A stretch of 64,000 bases of DNA from Sphingopyxis sp. Its GTDB lineage: Bacteria; Pseudomonadota; Alphaproteobacteria; Sphingomonadales; Sphingomonadaceae. Location: contig JBCKXT010000003.1 of assembly GCA_038921085.1 (NCBI GenBank), positions 31,708 through 95,707 on the forward strand, in the 5' to 3' direction. A model generated the notes under the pieces. That model was not told the origin of the DNA. It worked only from the letters and a program-made list of their open reading frames with translations, and made no database searches. This document shows positions 16,770-27,262 of the stretch, piece after piece; the first letter of the stretch is position 1, and the number at the start of each line of letters is the position of its first letter. The position numbers and the translations under genes are program-made.

Positions 16770-18928
16770 CGGCTAGCGTCGCTGCGCCCGGCCCGGTCAA
16801 TCAACATCGAGGGGGTCAGGATTTGCGGCAGCACTTCGGGGTCGCGGGAACCAGCCGGATACCATAGATAGAGCGGCACGCTGTTGCGGCCATGGCGAGC
16901 CAGCTCGGCGGTGATTGCCGGGTCGGCACTGGTCCAGTCCGCGACCAGCACGGTGACATTAGCGGCGGCAAAGGAGGCGGCGGTTTCATCGCGGTTGATC
17001 GATGATGCTTCGTTGACCTTGCACGTCACACACCAGTCGGCAGTGAAATAGACAAATACCGGTTGGCCCGCGTCGAGCGCAGCCGCAAGCGATGACCCGC
17101 TCCACGGCCTCGCGCCATCGGCACCATTCGGGCTTTGTGGTGCGGCATTGTCCCTCCGTGCATCGCTGTCTGGCAACGCAAGGGCCAATGGCACGATCAT
17201 CGCCGCCATCACAAAAATGGCGACGCTCGCTTGTTTGCCGTGTTTTTGAAGGCGGCCTGCCCACCAGCCGAGCAACAGCGTCGCCAACAGCGCATTCACC
17301 CCGATCAGCCAGCCCATATTGCCGACTTGGCGACTGAGCAGCCAGATCAGCGCCAGCGCGGTCAGCAGCATGGGTAGTGCCAGCCAGCGCTGGAACGTCA
17401 CCATCCATGCACCGGGACGCGGCAGCCGCGAACGTAGCGCAGGGACCATTGCGAGCGCGAGAAAGGGCAGAGCCAGACCCAGACCCAGACCGCCAAATAT
17501 CGGCAATGCCGCCCATGGCGGCAGGGTCAGCGTCGCGCCCAATGCCGCACCGAGGAATGGCCCGGTGCATGGCGTGGCGATAAACGCAGCCAGCGCGCCT
17601 GTCGCAAAGCTAGATTTGGCGCCGCTCCCTTCCCCAAGCGCAGGCGCTAGCGGGGTGATTGCGAACGACAGGTTGCCAAAGGCAAACAGCCCCGCCAGAT
17701 TTGCGGCAATCGCCGCCATAAGGATAATCAGCAACACCACCGATTCTGGTCGTTGTAGCTGAAATGCCCAGCCCAGCGCTTCCCCGCCAGAGCGCAACAG
17801 GAGTAGGATTGCGCCCAAAGCCATGCAGGTAAAAACCGCTCCGGCAGTGTAAGCAAAGCCTTCAGCCCGCACCGACCGTTCGTCCCCGCCAGCGCGCGCT
17901 AGGGTCAGCGCCTTGAGGCTGAGGATCGGGAACACGCAGGGCATGATGTTGAGGATCAGCCCGCCGATGATTGCCCCAAACAGGGTATAGGCAAAGGCGG
18001 CAAGGTCAAAGCTGCTGCTGGCGGCTGCCGCTGCCGCCTCTGGCGCATAGGGCATGGCTGCTGATGTCACCACAAATGGCGTCCCCGCTGCTGGAACATC
18101 GCCGGGGACAGCGACAAACGACAAGCCGCGTGTGCCGCCAAGCCTCAGCAGTCCCGAAAATTGCCGCGCATTTGCGGCATCGTCACCCGCCACCGTTTCG
18201 ATCACCAGCACCTCGCCGACCCGGCTAAACCGTTGCTCGCCGCCGGGTTGGTTGATCCGCGCAGTATCGACAAACAAATGCGGATCGGCAATCACCAACG
18301 GCGCGGGCAAGGGGATGGCGATGCGCAATTGCCTGCCGACCATCTGGTAGCGGACTATGGCACTGATCGGTTGCGGCAACAGACTGCGCCAGCGGTCAAA
18401 CTGGGCGCGCTGGGAAGGAGCGATGCGGCCGTCTCCTGCGACTAGGTTGATCGTGAGAGTGCCGCGTTCCGGCACACAGATTTCGGTGGTGCAGGCGAGC
18501 CAGGTCGCCTCCCCGCTTATCGTCAGCGGGGTGCCGGGTGCGAGTGATGGATCAATTCTGAGCGGGGCAATCAACGCATAGGGCCGCTCAAACACATGGT
18601 TCATCAACCCCGCAATGACCAATGTGTCAGGCACCGGATAGGCGATTTCGCCGATGGTCACACCGCGCGGCAATGTCCAGCGAACCTGCATCCCAAACCC
18701 GGCGTCGCCGCCATTACTCCAATAGCCATGCCAGTGCGCTGCAGGTGTCATCGCAATCGCGATGCTGGTCGTTGATGCTGGGGCCGGGTTGTTCGTTTCG
18801 GCAACCAATCGGGCACTGATGTGCGGCCCAGACTGTGGCCCAGTTTGCGGTTGTGATGCGGCAAGCGACGCGGTTGCGACAGCCAGCGTGAACAGTAAAC
18901 CGCGTATCAAACAGCGCACAACCGACAA
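16766..18928 (-). CDS. dsbD: Protein-disulfide reductase, DsbD family
   Basis: WLACTTEIC N-domain, LNIMPCVFP and ATPCTGP TM domain, thioredoxin WCVTC; start codon uncertain. Confidence 0.92.
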   Translation of the reverse strand: MSVVRCLIRGLLFTLAVATASLAASQPQTGPQSGPHISARLVAETNNPAPASTTSIAIAMTPAAHWHGYWSNGGDAGFGMQVRWTLPRGVTIGEIAYPVPDTLVIAGLMNHVFERPYALIAPLRIDPSLAPGTPLTISGEATWLACTTEICVPERGTLTINLVAGDGRIAPSQRAQFDRWRSLLPQPISAIVRYQMVGRQLRIAIPLPAPLVIADPHLFVDTARINQPGGEQRFSRVGEVLVIETVAGDDAANARQFSGLLRLGGTRGLSFVAVPGDVPAAGTPFVVTSAAMPYAPEAAAAAASSSFDLAAFAYTLFGAIIGGLILNIMPCVFPILSLKALTLARAGGDERSVRAEGFAYTAGAVFTCMALGAILLLLRSGGEALGWAFQLQRPESVVLLIILMAAIAANLAGLFAFGNLSFAITPLAPALGEGSGAKSSFATGALAAFIATPCTGPFLGAALGATLTLPPWAALPIFGGLGLGLALPFLALAMVPALRSRLPRPGAWMVTFQRWLALPMLLTALALIWLLSRQVGNMGWLIGVNALLATLLLGWWAGRLQKHGKQASVAIFVMAAMIVPLALALPDSDARRDNAAPQSPNGADGARPWSGSSLAAALDAGQPVFVYFTADWCVTCKVNEASSINRDETAASFAAANVTVLVADWTSADPAITAELARHGRNSVPLYLWYPAGSRDPEVLPQILTPSMLIDRAGRSDASR
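17627..17653 (-). repeat. Hairpin mini-repeat inserted in frame in dsbD
   Basis: Minus strand CCGCTAGCGCCTGCGCTTGGGGAAGG, nearly identical to the copy at 11654; encodes PLAPALGEG. Confidence 0.75.
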
Positions 18929-19068
18929 TTCCTCATCCTAAATATTAGCGCTCGCTTCAAAGTTTTTTTCGTAGACGCGATACCGCCGCACTTGCGATAT
19001 AGCCTATGGTTGGCGCATGAACAGGGCATAGGCCGCAGATGGCCAACTATCGATAAAGGGAAATAGCC

Positions 19069-20772
19069 GTGCAAAAACTGGTTTCCGTAATCGCTATGCT
19101 GGCCGCCGGACTGTCGCTTTCGACCGTGGCTGCGGCACAACAATCGGTCCCGACCCCCCAGCCGATGGTGGCACAAGCCGAAGCCAGCGTCGAACGTCCG
19201 GCCCCGCCGCGCCTGATTATCGCGATTTCGATCGATCAGTTTTCTGCCGACCTGTTTACGCAATATCGCAGCCTGTTTAGCGGCGGATTGCATCGCATGG
19301 CTGGCGGTATGGTGTTTCCCCAGGGCTATCAGGCCCATGCTGCCAGCGAAACCTGTCCGGGTCATTCGACGATCCTGAGCGGCGCGCACCCGGCGCGCAG
19401 CGGCGTCATCGCCAATAACTGGTATGACCTGTCGCTGGCCCGCGATGATCGCCGCGTCTATTGTTCCGAAGACCCAAATGTGCCGGGCACTTCCTCCTCA
19501 TCTGGCCGCTATGCCCCGTCGGTCAATTTTCTGCTGGTGCCAACCCTGGGCGATTTGATGACCGCCGCCGATCCGCGCACCCGCGTTGTTTCGGTGGCGG
19601 GAAAGGATCGCGCCGCGATCATGATGGGGGGCCGCAGCGCCGATGAGCTATGGTGGCTCGCGCCGTCTGGCCTTGCCAGCTATCGCGGCACAGCGGCACC
19701 CGAACATATCGCCCGGATGTCCGCCGCAGTGGCGGCGGCGATTGGCACAGCCCGCCCCGCGCTCGACCTGCCACAGCAATGCGCAGCGCGCAGCCACGCC
19801 GTCGATATTGGCGGGGGCCGCAGCGTTGGCACCGGTCGGTTTGAGCGCGCTGCAGGGGACTTCCGGGGCTTTATGGCCTCGCCGGAATCTGACGGGGCTG
19901 TGCTCGCGGTCGGGGCCAGCCTGCGCGCGGTCCACTCTCTGGGCCAAGGGCCACAGACCGACCTGTTGATCCTGGGCCTGTCGGCGACGGATTATGTCGG
20001 CCACACCTATGGCACCGAAGGATCGGAAATGTGCCTGCAAATGCTGACACTGGACCGCGAGCTGGGCGATTTCTTTGCGCGCATGGACGCGACCGGGGTG
20101 GATTATGCAGTGGTCCTGACCGCCGACCATGGCGGCCATGACCTGCCCGAGCGCAATCGTGAGAACGCCGCTCCTGCGGCTGAGCGGGTCGATGTGGCGC
20201 TGGCCACCGCAACACTCGGTGCGCGCATAAAGGCTGAGCTTGGCCTCGCCATCGATGGCCCATTGCTGTTCGCGGATAGCCCGTTCGGCGATTATTATGT
20301 CGACCGGCGGATTGGTGCGGCGGACCGCGTCCGGGTCATTGACGCGGCGCTGCGCATCCTACGCGCACATCCACAGGTTGAAGCGGTGGTGCGGGGCAGC
20401 GATCTTGCCGCGATGCCGATTTCGCGTCGCTCTCCTGAACTGTGGAGCGTCGAAGAACGCCTGCGCGCTTCGTATTATGCCGGACGATCGGGGGATTTTC
20501 TGGTGGTGTTGAAACCGCGCATCACCCCCATCCCGTCGGCTGATCTGGGCTATGTGGCGACCCATGGTTCGCCATGGGATTATGACCGGCGGGTGCCGAT
20601 GCTGTTCTGGCGCGCCGGTATGCGCAGTTTTGAACAGCCCAATCCGGTGATGACGGTGGACATCATGCCGACATTGGCGGGGTTAATCGGCCTGCCCATC
20701 GACAGCCGGAATATCGATGGTCGCTGCCTGGACCTGGTTCCGGGACCGGGGACCAGTTGTCCGGTTCCGTGA
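19069..20772 (+). CDS. Alkaline phosphatase family protein (PhoK/PafA type, Thr nucleophile)
   Basis: Signal peptide, ISIDQF, ETCPGH, TDYVGH, TADHG, THGSPWDYD. Confidence 0.9.
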   Translation: MQKLVSVIAMLAAGLSLSTVAAAQQSVPTPQPMVAQAEASVERPAPPRLIIAISIDQFSADLFTQYRSLFSGGLHRMAGGMVFPQGYQAHAASETCPGHSTILSGAHPARSGVIANNWYDLSLARDDRRVYCSEDPNVPGTSSSSGRYAPSVNFLLVPTLGDLMTAADPRTRVVSVAGKDRAAIMMGGRSADELWWLAPSGLASYRGTAAPEHIARMSAAVAAAIGTARPALDLPQQCAARSHAVDIGGGRSVGTGRFERAAGDFRGFMASPESDGAVLAVGASLRAVHSLGQGPQTDLLILGLSATDYVGHTYGTEGSEMCLQMLTLDRELGDFFARMDATGVDYAVVLTADHGGHDLPERNRENAAPAAERVDVALATATLGARIKAELGLAIDGPLLFADSPFGDYYVDRRIGAADRVRVIDAALRILRAHPQVEAVVRGSDLAAMPISRRSPELWSVEERLRASYYAGRSGDFLVVLKPRITPIPSADLGYVATHGSPWDYDRRVPMLFWRAGMRSFEQPNPVMTVDIMPTLAGLIGLPIDSRNIDGRCLDLVPGPGTSCPVP

Positions 20773-20839
20773 ACAATAGCCACAGCGCCCCGTTCATCTT
20801 TGCTAATGGCGATTGCAGGGGAAAAGTGGTGTGCGATGA

Positions 20840-20965
20840 CTAGCAAAGGGTAGAGTGCCGGGATACTGGCAAGGGACCAGACAAGACAGGCCCCCGGCAC
20901 TCTGGTTCAGGACGCGAGATTGTGAAACCCCGCGTCCTGCTGTTGTCGCCCGTTTTGTGGGATAC
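20840..20965 (-). ncRNA. Candidate small RNA (two strong hairpins)
   Basis: Stems 20852-20862/20893-20903 and 20908-20916/20931-20939 in a 278-bp gap; possible minus-strand promoter at about 20970-21000. Strand is inferred. Confidence 0.35.
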
Positions 20966-21050
20966 AAAGGGGCTATAACCCATTCTTGATCGCAAAAAGA
21001 GGTTAACAATTTCTGGCCAAAACTCCCAAAATGGAGGAATAGCGGGGCTC

Positions 21051-21389
21051 ATGATGACTATAACGACGATTTTACCCCGATATTTAATGCCACTTTCTGG
21101 TGCCATACTGCTGACCCTGGCGGCCTGCGCGACCCCGCAGCAGCGCGTCACATCGGGCTTGATGGATGCTGGCCTGTCGCGCCCGATGGCGGCCTGTATG
21201 GCAAGCCGGATGGTTGATCGGCTGTCGCTGCTGCAATTGCGCCGGATTGGACGCATTGGCGATTTGCGCCGGGCAAATCCGCGCGAATTATCCGTGGACC
21301 AGTTTCTCCATCGCGCCCGCGCCCTTGGCGACCCCGAAATACTGGCGGTGGTGACAGCCTCAGCGGGGATATGTGCATTGCGCAGCTAG
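21051..21389 (+). CDS. Small lipoprotein, hypothetical
   Basis: Lipobox LAAC; AMACMASRMVDRLS motif; GGAGG upstream. Confidence 0.75.
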   Translation: MMTITTILPRYLMPLSGAILLTLAACATPQQRVTSGLMDAGLSRPMAACMASRMVDRLSLLQLRRIGRIGDLRRANPRELSVDQFLHRARALGDPEILAVVTASAGICALRS

Positions 21390-21467
21390 GTTGAGAACTC
21401 TATTGCCTGCTGAACGACGCAGATTTTCTCGATGACCCCAGATTTTCTCGATTACCAAGGTGCCTCC

Positions 21468-22667
21468 ATGAACATCCACGAATATCAGGCAAAGCAATTG
21501 CTGGCCAAACATGGCATCGCGGTGCCGGTCGGCTATGCGGCGATGAGCGTCGAGGAAGCAGTTGCGGCGGCGCGGCTACTACCTGGGCCGCTGTATATCG
21601 TAAAGGCGCAAATCCATGCCGGTGGCCGCGGCAAGGGCAAGTTCAAGGAACTGGGAGCGGATGCCAAGGGCGGGGTGCGCTTTGCCCGGTCAATCGAAGA
21701 AGTGGAGGCTAATGCCCGCGAAATGCTGGGCAATACCCTGGTGACACTCCAGACCGGACCAGCAGGCAAACAGGTCAGCCGCCTATATGTCACTGCTGGC
21801 GTGGATATAGCGCATGAATATTATCTATCGATGCTGGTCGATCGCGGATCAGGCCGCGTCGCCATGGTGGTATCGACCGAAGGGGGCATGGACATCGAAG
21901 CGGTCGCCCACGACACCCCGGAAAAGATCCAAACCTTTACCATCGACCCGGCAACCGGATTGACCGACGCGGACGCGAAAAGGGCATCGTCAGCCCTCAA
22001 GTTGACCGGAGATACCGCTGCTCAGGCCGAAGATACGGTCAAAAAACTCTATGCTGCGTTCATCGCCACCGACATGTCGATGCTGGAGATCAACCCGCTG
22101 ATTGCAACCGGTGATGGCCAGATTGTGGTGCTTGATGCCAAGGTCAGCTTTGATCCCAACGCGCTGTTCCGGCATCCGGATATTGCCGAACTACGCGACG
22201 AAAGCGAAGAAGACCCGGCCGAGGTTGAAGCGTCCAAACACGACCTTGCCTATATCAAGCTGGATGGCGACATTGGTTGCATGGTCAATGGCGCGGGCCT
22301 TGCGATGGCGACGATGGACATCATCAAATTGAACGGCATGTTCCCCGCCAATTTCCTCGACGTCGGCGGCGGCGCTTCAAAAGAAAAGGTGACGGCGGGG
22401 TTCAAGATCATTTTGCAGGACCCCAATGTGAAGGGCATCCTCGTCAACATCTTTGGCGGCATCATGAAATGCGATATCATTGCCGAAGGGATTGTCGCCG
22501 CAGCCAAAGAAGTTAACCTGTCGGTGCCGCTGGTGGTTCGCTTGGAGGGCACCAATGTCGAGCAGGGCAAAGCGATCCTTGCCAACAGTGGACTGCCGAT
22601 TATCGCCGCCAATGATCTGGGCGATGCGGCACGGAAAATTGTCGCTGAAGTTAGGAAGGTGGCGTAA
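21468..22667 (+). CDS. sucC: Succinyl-CoA synthetase beta subunit
   Basis: [41 protein letters not shown]. Confidence 0.97.
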   Translation: MNIHEYQAKQLLAKHGIAVPVGYAAMSVEEAVAAARLLPGPLYIVKAQIHAGGRGKGKFKELGADAKGGVRFARSIEEVEANAREMLGNTLVTLQTGPAGKQVSRLYVTAGVDIAHEYYLSMLVDRGSGRVAMVVSTEGGMDIEAVAHDTPEKIQTFTIDPATGLTDADAKRASSALKLTGDTAAQAEDTVKKLYAAFIATDMSMLEINPLIATGDGQIVVLDAKVSFDPNALFRHPDIAELRDESEEDPAEVEASKHDLAYIKLDGDIGCMVNGAGLAMATMDIIKLNGMFPANFLDVGGGASKEKVTAGFKIILQDPNVKGILVNIFGGIMKCDIIAEGIVAAAKEVNLSVPLVVRLEGTNVEQGKAILANSGLPIIAANDLGDAARKIVAEVRKVA

Positions 22668-22718
22668 GACTAGACTACGAGATACGACTGGTGTTTGCAT
22701 ACCAGACATAGGAGACAA

Positions 22719-22964
22719 ATGATGGTTGATAATGTCGAGAGTCTGGTGCTGGAACACCTGAAGCGGTTTCAAGTGACACTTGACCGCGTTGAACGGCGAC
22801 AGGACGAGATGACGGGGCGAATTGCCAATCTTGAAGGGTCAACCGCGTCGATCATCCGGCATCTCGGAGACCTTGCGTCGGCGGACGCAGCCCAGTAACT
22901 GTCGGCTGACAACATCAACCGACGGCTGGATCGCATTGTGCGTCGGCTGGAACTGTCGAGCTGA
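22719..22964 (+). pseudogene. Small coiled-coil protein with an internal TAA stop
   Basis: RBS GGAG, MMVDNVESLVLEHLK...ADAAQ*LSADNINRRLDRIVRRLELSS; the heptad pattern continues past TAA 22896-22898. Confidence 0.65.
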
Positions 22965-23012
22965 GGATGCCGTTTCAACCGAATCAAGATAGCGCGGAAG
23001 CCAACTTTGACT

Positions 23013-23034
23013 TTGACGTTTACGTTAACGTCAA
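23013..23034. promoter_or_regulatory. LiuR-type operator upstream of etfB
   Basis: Near-palindrome TTGACGTTTACGTTAACGTCAA (ACGT repeats at 6-bp spacing). Confidence 0.7.
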
Positions 23035-23073
23035 GTAACCGCGACGCCGATAGTTTTTGAGGGAGCGAAATCC

Positions 23074-23820
23074 ATGAAAATCCTCGTCGCTGTAAAGCGG
23101 GTGCTTGATTTCAACGTCAAGCCACGGGTCAAACCCGACGGCACCGGTGTCGATTTGAGCAATGTCAAAATGTCGATGAACCCGTTTGACGAAATCGCGG
23201 TCGAAGAAGCGCTCCGGCTGCGCGAAAAAGGCGCCGCGAGTGAGGTGATCGCCGTCTCCATTGGTCCTGCCAAGGCTCTAGAAACGCTGCGCACCGCGCT
23301 CGCGATGGGTGCGGACCGCGCCATCCTGGTTGAAACCGACGCCGAGGTTGAACCGCTGGCGGTGGCCAAGCTGCTCAAGGCGATTGCCGACGAAGAGGCC
23401 CCCGGCCTCGTGATCCTGGGCAAACAGGCGATCGACGATGACAGCAATCAGACTGGCCAGATGCTGGCGGCGCTGACCGGCTGGGGTCAGGCGACCTTTG
23501 CCAACCAAGTCACGGTTGATGGTGCCAGCGCCACGGTCAAGCGCGAGATCGACGGCGGGCTGCAAACCGTATCGGTCAAACTGCCCGCGATCATCACCAC
23601 CGATTTGCGGCTCAACGAACCGCGTTATGCCTCGCTGCCCAACATCATGAAGGCTAAGTCCAAGCCGATGGCGATGAAGACACCCGCCGATTACGGCGTC
23701 GACATCACCCCGCGTTTGAAGACGCTCCGCGTCGTTGAGCCGCCAGTGCGCAGCGCCGGGATAAAGGTCGCTTCGGTTGACGAACTGGTCGAAAAACTCA
23801 AAGCACTGGGAGTCGCCTGA
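23074..23820 (+). CDS. etfB: Electron transfer flavoprotein beta subunit
   Basis: [39 protein letters not shown]. Confidence 0.97.
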   Translation: MKILVAVKRVLDFNVKPRVKPDGTGVDLSNVKMSMNPFDEIAVEEALRLREKGAASEVIAVSIGPAKALETLRTALAMGADRAILVETDAEVEPLAVAKLLKAIADEEAPGLVILGKQAIDDDSNQTGQMLAALTGWGQATFANQVTVDGASATVKREIDGGLQTVSVKLPAIITTDLRLNEPRYASLPNIMKAKSKPMAMKTPADYGVDITPRLKTLRVVEPPVRSAGIKVASVDELVEKLKALGVA

Positions 23821-23821
23821 G

Positions 23822-24751
23822 ATGAAAACACTGGTCTGGGTCGAACATGATGGCGCGTCCGTCAAAGATGCCACGCTGTCGGCGGTCACTGCGGCTGCAA
23901 AGCTGGGCGAAGTCCACTTGCTGGTGGCGGGGCAGGGCGTTGGCGGGGTTGCGGCGGCAGCGGCCAAAATCGCCGGGGTCAGCAAAGTCCATGTCGCCGA
24001 TGATCCCGCCTATGCCCATGCGCTGGCAGAAAATGTCGCGCCGCTGGTGGTGCAATTGATGGGCCATCATGATGCCTTTGTTGCACCCGCCACCACGACC
24101 GGCAAAAACATCGCGCCGCGTGTCGCGGCATTGCTCGACGTGATGCAGATCAGCGAAATTCTGTCGGTCGAGGGGCCAAAGACTTTCACCCGCCCGATCT
24201 ATGCTGGCAACGCCATCGCCACCGTGGAATCGAGCGATGCCAAGCTGGTCATCACCGTGCGCGGCACCGCGTTTGACAAGGCGGAGCGCAGCGGCGGCAG
24301 CGCGGCAATCGAGGCGGTTGCCACCACCGGCGATGCAGGCCTTGCGAGCTTTGTCAGCGAAGAAATCGCCAAGTCCGAACGGCCCGAACTGACCAGCGCA
24401 AAAATCATCGTCTCGGGTGGCCGGGCGCTGGGTTCGGCTGAAAAGTTTGAGGAAGTGATCGTGCCGCTGGCGGACAAACTGGGTGCGGGCATCGGTGCCA
24501 GTCGCGCGGCAGTCGATGCGGGCTATGTCCCCAACGACTATCAGGTCGGCCAGACTGGCAAGATTGTCGCGCCGCAAGTCTATATCGCCATCGGTATCTC
24601 TGGCGCGATCCAGCATCTGGCGGGGATGAAGGATTCAAAGACGATCATCGCGATCAACAAGGATGAGGACGCGCCGATTTTCTCGGTGGCGGACTATGGC
24701 CTGGTCGCCGACCTGTTTGTCGCGGTGCCGGAACTGACGAGGAAATTGTGA
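23822..24751 (+). CDS. etfA: Electron transfer flavoprotein alpha subunit
   Basis: [32 protein letters not shown]. Confidence 0.97.
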   Translation: MKTLVWVEHDGASVKDATLSAVTAAAKLGEVHLLVAGQGVGGVAAAAAKIAGVSKVHVADDPAYAHALAENVAPLVVQLMGHHDAFVAPATTTGKNIAPRVAALLDVMQISEILSVEGPKTFTRPIYAGNAIATVESSDAKLVITVRGTAFDKAERSGGSAAIEAVATTGDAGLASFVSEEIAKSERPELTSAKIIVSGGRALGSAEKFEEVIVPLADKLGAGIGASRAAVDAGYVPNDYQVGQTGKIVAPQVYIAIGISGAIQHLAGMKDSKTIIAINKDEDAPIFSVADYGLVADLFVAVPELTRKL

Positions 24752-24837
24752 TTTCGATCAAAGTGGTACTTTGTTCGACCCCAATCAGCGGTTTGTTCTT
24801 TCTGGCTGTCGATTTCACTCACGTGATCAACGACAGC

Positions 24838-25830
24838 TTATTCTGGTGTTGGAGATAGCCACAATGTCTCCTCAAAGGCGACGTGTACTTGGTTGGCACC
24901 AGACGCAGTCGCTCGACCCATAATTATCTTCGAAATTTGACTCTTGTCAACCAATTGGGCGGCTCGGCGTAACGCAGACCGTTCATCAACTGCGGGAAGA
25001 AGAGAAGCAACTTCCCTTCCCGCGCGTGTCAATAACCAAACACCAATTTGCTTCTGCGTCCCAGCGACACCTTGCAAGACCATTCCCGTTTGCTCCCCAG
25101 CAAAAAAGCCATTGCCATTTCCGTCGAGATGCATGGCCCGATTTGTAAAACCAGAGCTTCCTGAAATCAAGCCAACATCTTCTAGGCTTACGCCGATCTC
25201 AAACATGTCACCCTGATTCCAGGTTTCGTCACGCACAATACATTGACCCACTCGATGGTGAAGCACCAATTTGAATTGTTCCAAGGTGTCTTGCTCAACC
25301 TCTGCAATGAGTCTGATTGTTGACCTAGCGTAACTTCCTGGCTTTCTAATTTCACCGGTCAACACATTAGCCAGCCGAATACGCAATTGATCTGACGACG
25401 CATTTTCTGCCTCGCGAGCAAAGGCATTCATCCAGTCGTCGTTCGGTTCTGCCGTGGCGTCATCAGTCTCAACATCAGAATCAGCAGCCTCATCAATCGC
25501 CTTTTGAGCTAGCCTCCCCACCGCTTCGACATTTTCTTGCTTCTGACCGATATCTCCCAAGAAACGCGCCTTGGCGCGTTCCATAAGCTCCGGGTCAGCG
25601 ATTGCTTGGCGGCCTACCTCGACGGCGATCATCGCGTTCACCCTCGCGCGGCCATCAACCGTGTCGAGATTTTCTCGAATTTTCGCAAAGTAGGGGAGTC
25701 CCATACCTCCAGCAATCAAGCGGAAGAACGTCCGTTGGGCTTTGCCTCGCAGCGTCGTAGGAAGCCCGGTGCTATTGAGAATATTTGAAAGGCTTTTTCC
25801 TGCTGAAACGCTATTGCTCTCTTCGGTCAT
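24838..25830 (-). CDS. DUF2806-like protein (lower GC, probably acquired)
   Basis: KQENVEAV...DDWMNAFAREAENASSDQLR...LTGEIRKPGSY; visibly more AT-rich; probable start MTEESN. Confidence 0.75.
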   Translation of the reverse strand: MTEESNSVSAGKSLSNILNSTGLPTTLRGKAQRTFFRLIAGGMGLPYFAKIRENLDTVDGRARVNAMIAVEVGRQAIADPELMERAKARFLGDIGQKQENVEAVGRLAQKAIDEAADSDVETDDATAEPNDDWMNAFAREAENASSDQLRIRLANVLTGEIRKPGSYARSTIRLIAEVEQDTLEQFKLVLHHRVGQCIVRDETWNQGDMFEIGVSLEDVGLISGSSGFTNRAMHLDGNGNGFFAGEQTGMVLQGVAGTQKQIGVWLLTRAGREVASLLPAVDERSALRRAAQLVDKSQISKIIMGRATASGANQVHVAFEETLWLSPTPE

Positions 25831-25951
25831 TGCCACCTCTGGAAAAGGATGAATAATGGAACAAATGTAGAATAAGGTAGCAGCCAGCCAAGTGCAAATA
25901 GACTTTTGGGAATTCCCACAATCCCTCGCCCAAACCCCATCCCGTGCATGA

Positions 25952-26032
25952 CCCCCCTCTCCCCTTGCGGGAGAGGGTTGGGGTGAGGGGTGGGGTGCCA
26001 CTTTGCGAAGCTAGCCGAAGCTGGGTGAGGGG
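25952..26032. repeat. CCCTCTCCC...GGGAGAGGG palindromic element
   Basis: ccctctccccttgcgggagagggttggggtgagggg...gccgaagctgggtgagggg. Confidence 0.75.
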
Positions 26033-26047
26033 CGGTGCCCTGCCCGC

Positions 26048-26118
26048 TGTTCCCCGGACTTGATCCGGGGTCCAGCCTTCCCCCGCATTCTGGACCCCGG
26101 ATCAGGTCCGGAGTGACG
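26048..26118. repeat. CGTC-type REP doublet (CCCCGGACTTGATCCGGGG subfamily)
   Basis: ccccggacttgatccggggtcca ... tggaccccggatcaggtccggagtgacg. Confidence 0.8.
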
Positions 26119-26320
26119 GAAGCTCTTTTCTCGCTTTACCCAAATGCAAAAATGAGCAATTTTGTGACTTTTTCCCGCACGTAAATCACTCTAACTATCT
26201 GTTATATAATGATTTATTAGCTATTCAATGGAGCCGATCCTAGCAAGGCGGCGTCTGCCACGAAAACTCTGCTCGGCCCGAACTTTCACGAACTTTGGCC
26301 CCGCAAATGTCGAGCGCGGA

Positions 26321-27259
26321 TCACCGCTCAGCCGCTTGCTCCGACAGTCGCGGGGCCAGCGGCGCGGCAATATTATTGCTGATCCGGACCGGGTTGTTCG
26401 GCGTCACCCTGTGCTCGCGCATGAGGGTAATGGAAATGCGCCGGTTGCGCGGATCACGAAGGTCTGCAGCGATCAGGGGTTCTCGATCAGCCACCCCCTC
26501 GATCCGGCTGATCCGGCTGCCGCCAACGCCATTGACGACGAGCAGCGCCCGGGTTTGTTCGGCCCGGGCCGTCGAAAGCATCCAGTTGTTCATCGCTCTT
26601 TGGCTGCGATAGGCCAAGCCATCGGTATGGCCACGGACAATAACTGCATTGTTGACGGCGGAAATCGAACGGGCAACCGCTTGCACAAGGCGATGCGCCC
26701 GCGGCTGTAATTGATCGGTGCCCAGGGCGAACATGGCAAAGTTGTCGCCTTCCATCAAATCGATCTGGAGTCCCTCGGTGGTGTTGACCAAACGGACGTT
26801 GCGGGCAAGTTCGCGTAACTGCTGATCCGATTCTAGCTGCCGCCTTATGGCTTGCTCGACACCGTTCAGGCGCTGTGTTTCGGCCTGTTGCGCCGCACGG
26901 CTGCCGCTATCTGGGCCACCGGTGGCATCGCGGGGAATAGTCAGGCTGCGGGTGCCAGTTTGCGTGGCGCGGTGGGGGTAATTATCGCGGGAGACAATCG
27001 ACTCTCCCCCCAACAAGCCATTGGAACCCGCGCTGTTTTGGCGCATCTCGATCAGCGTCGGGGCGAAATAGTCGGCCAACCCCTTGCGCTTTACATCGTC
27101 GGTCATGCCAAGCAACCACATCAACAGGAAAAACGCCATCATCGCGGTGACAAAATCGGCATAGGCGATTTTCCAGGCCCCACCATGATGGACATGGTGT
27201 CCGGCAACGATGATCTTTTTGATGATGATCGGGCGAAGTTCATGGGCAACACTGGTCAT
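26321..27259 (-). CDS. motB: Flagellar motor stator protein MotB
   Basis: HHGGAWKIAYADFVTAMMAFFLLMWL; OmpA-like RGHTD...NWMLSTARA...RNRRI. Confidence 0.95.
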   Translation of the reverse strand: MTSVAHELRPIIIKKIIVAGHHVHHGGAWKIAYADFVTAMMAFFLLMWLLGMTDDVKRKGLADYFAPTLIEMRQNSAGSNGLLGGESIVSRDNYPHRATQTGTRSLTIPRDATGGPDSGSRAAQQAETQRLNGVEQAIRRQLESDQQLRELARNVRLVNTTEGLQIDLMEGDNFAMFALGTDQLQPRAHRLVQAVARSISAVNNAVIVRGHTDGLAYRSQRAMNNWMLSTARAEQTRALLVVNGVGGSRISRIEGVADREPLIAADLRDPRNRRISITLMREHRVTPNNPVRISNNIAAPLAPRLSEQAAER

Positions 27260-27262
27260 CGC

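Noticed and set aside
25831-26001. N-terminal extension of the DUF2806 ORF given in the track
   Set aside because: It is read through a palindromic repeat (PHPSPQPSPARGEG); the true start is more likely 25830, which has a GAGG RBS.
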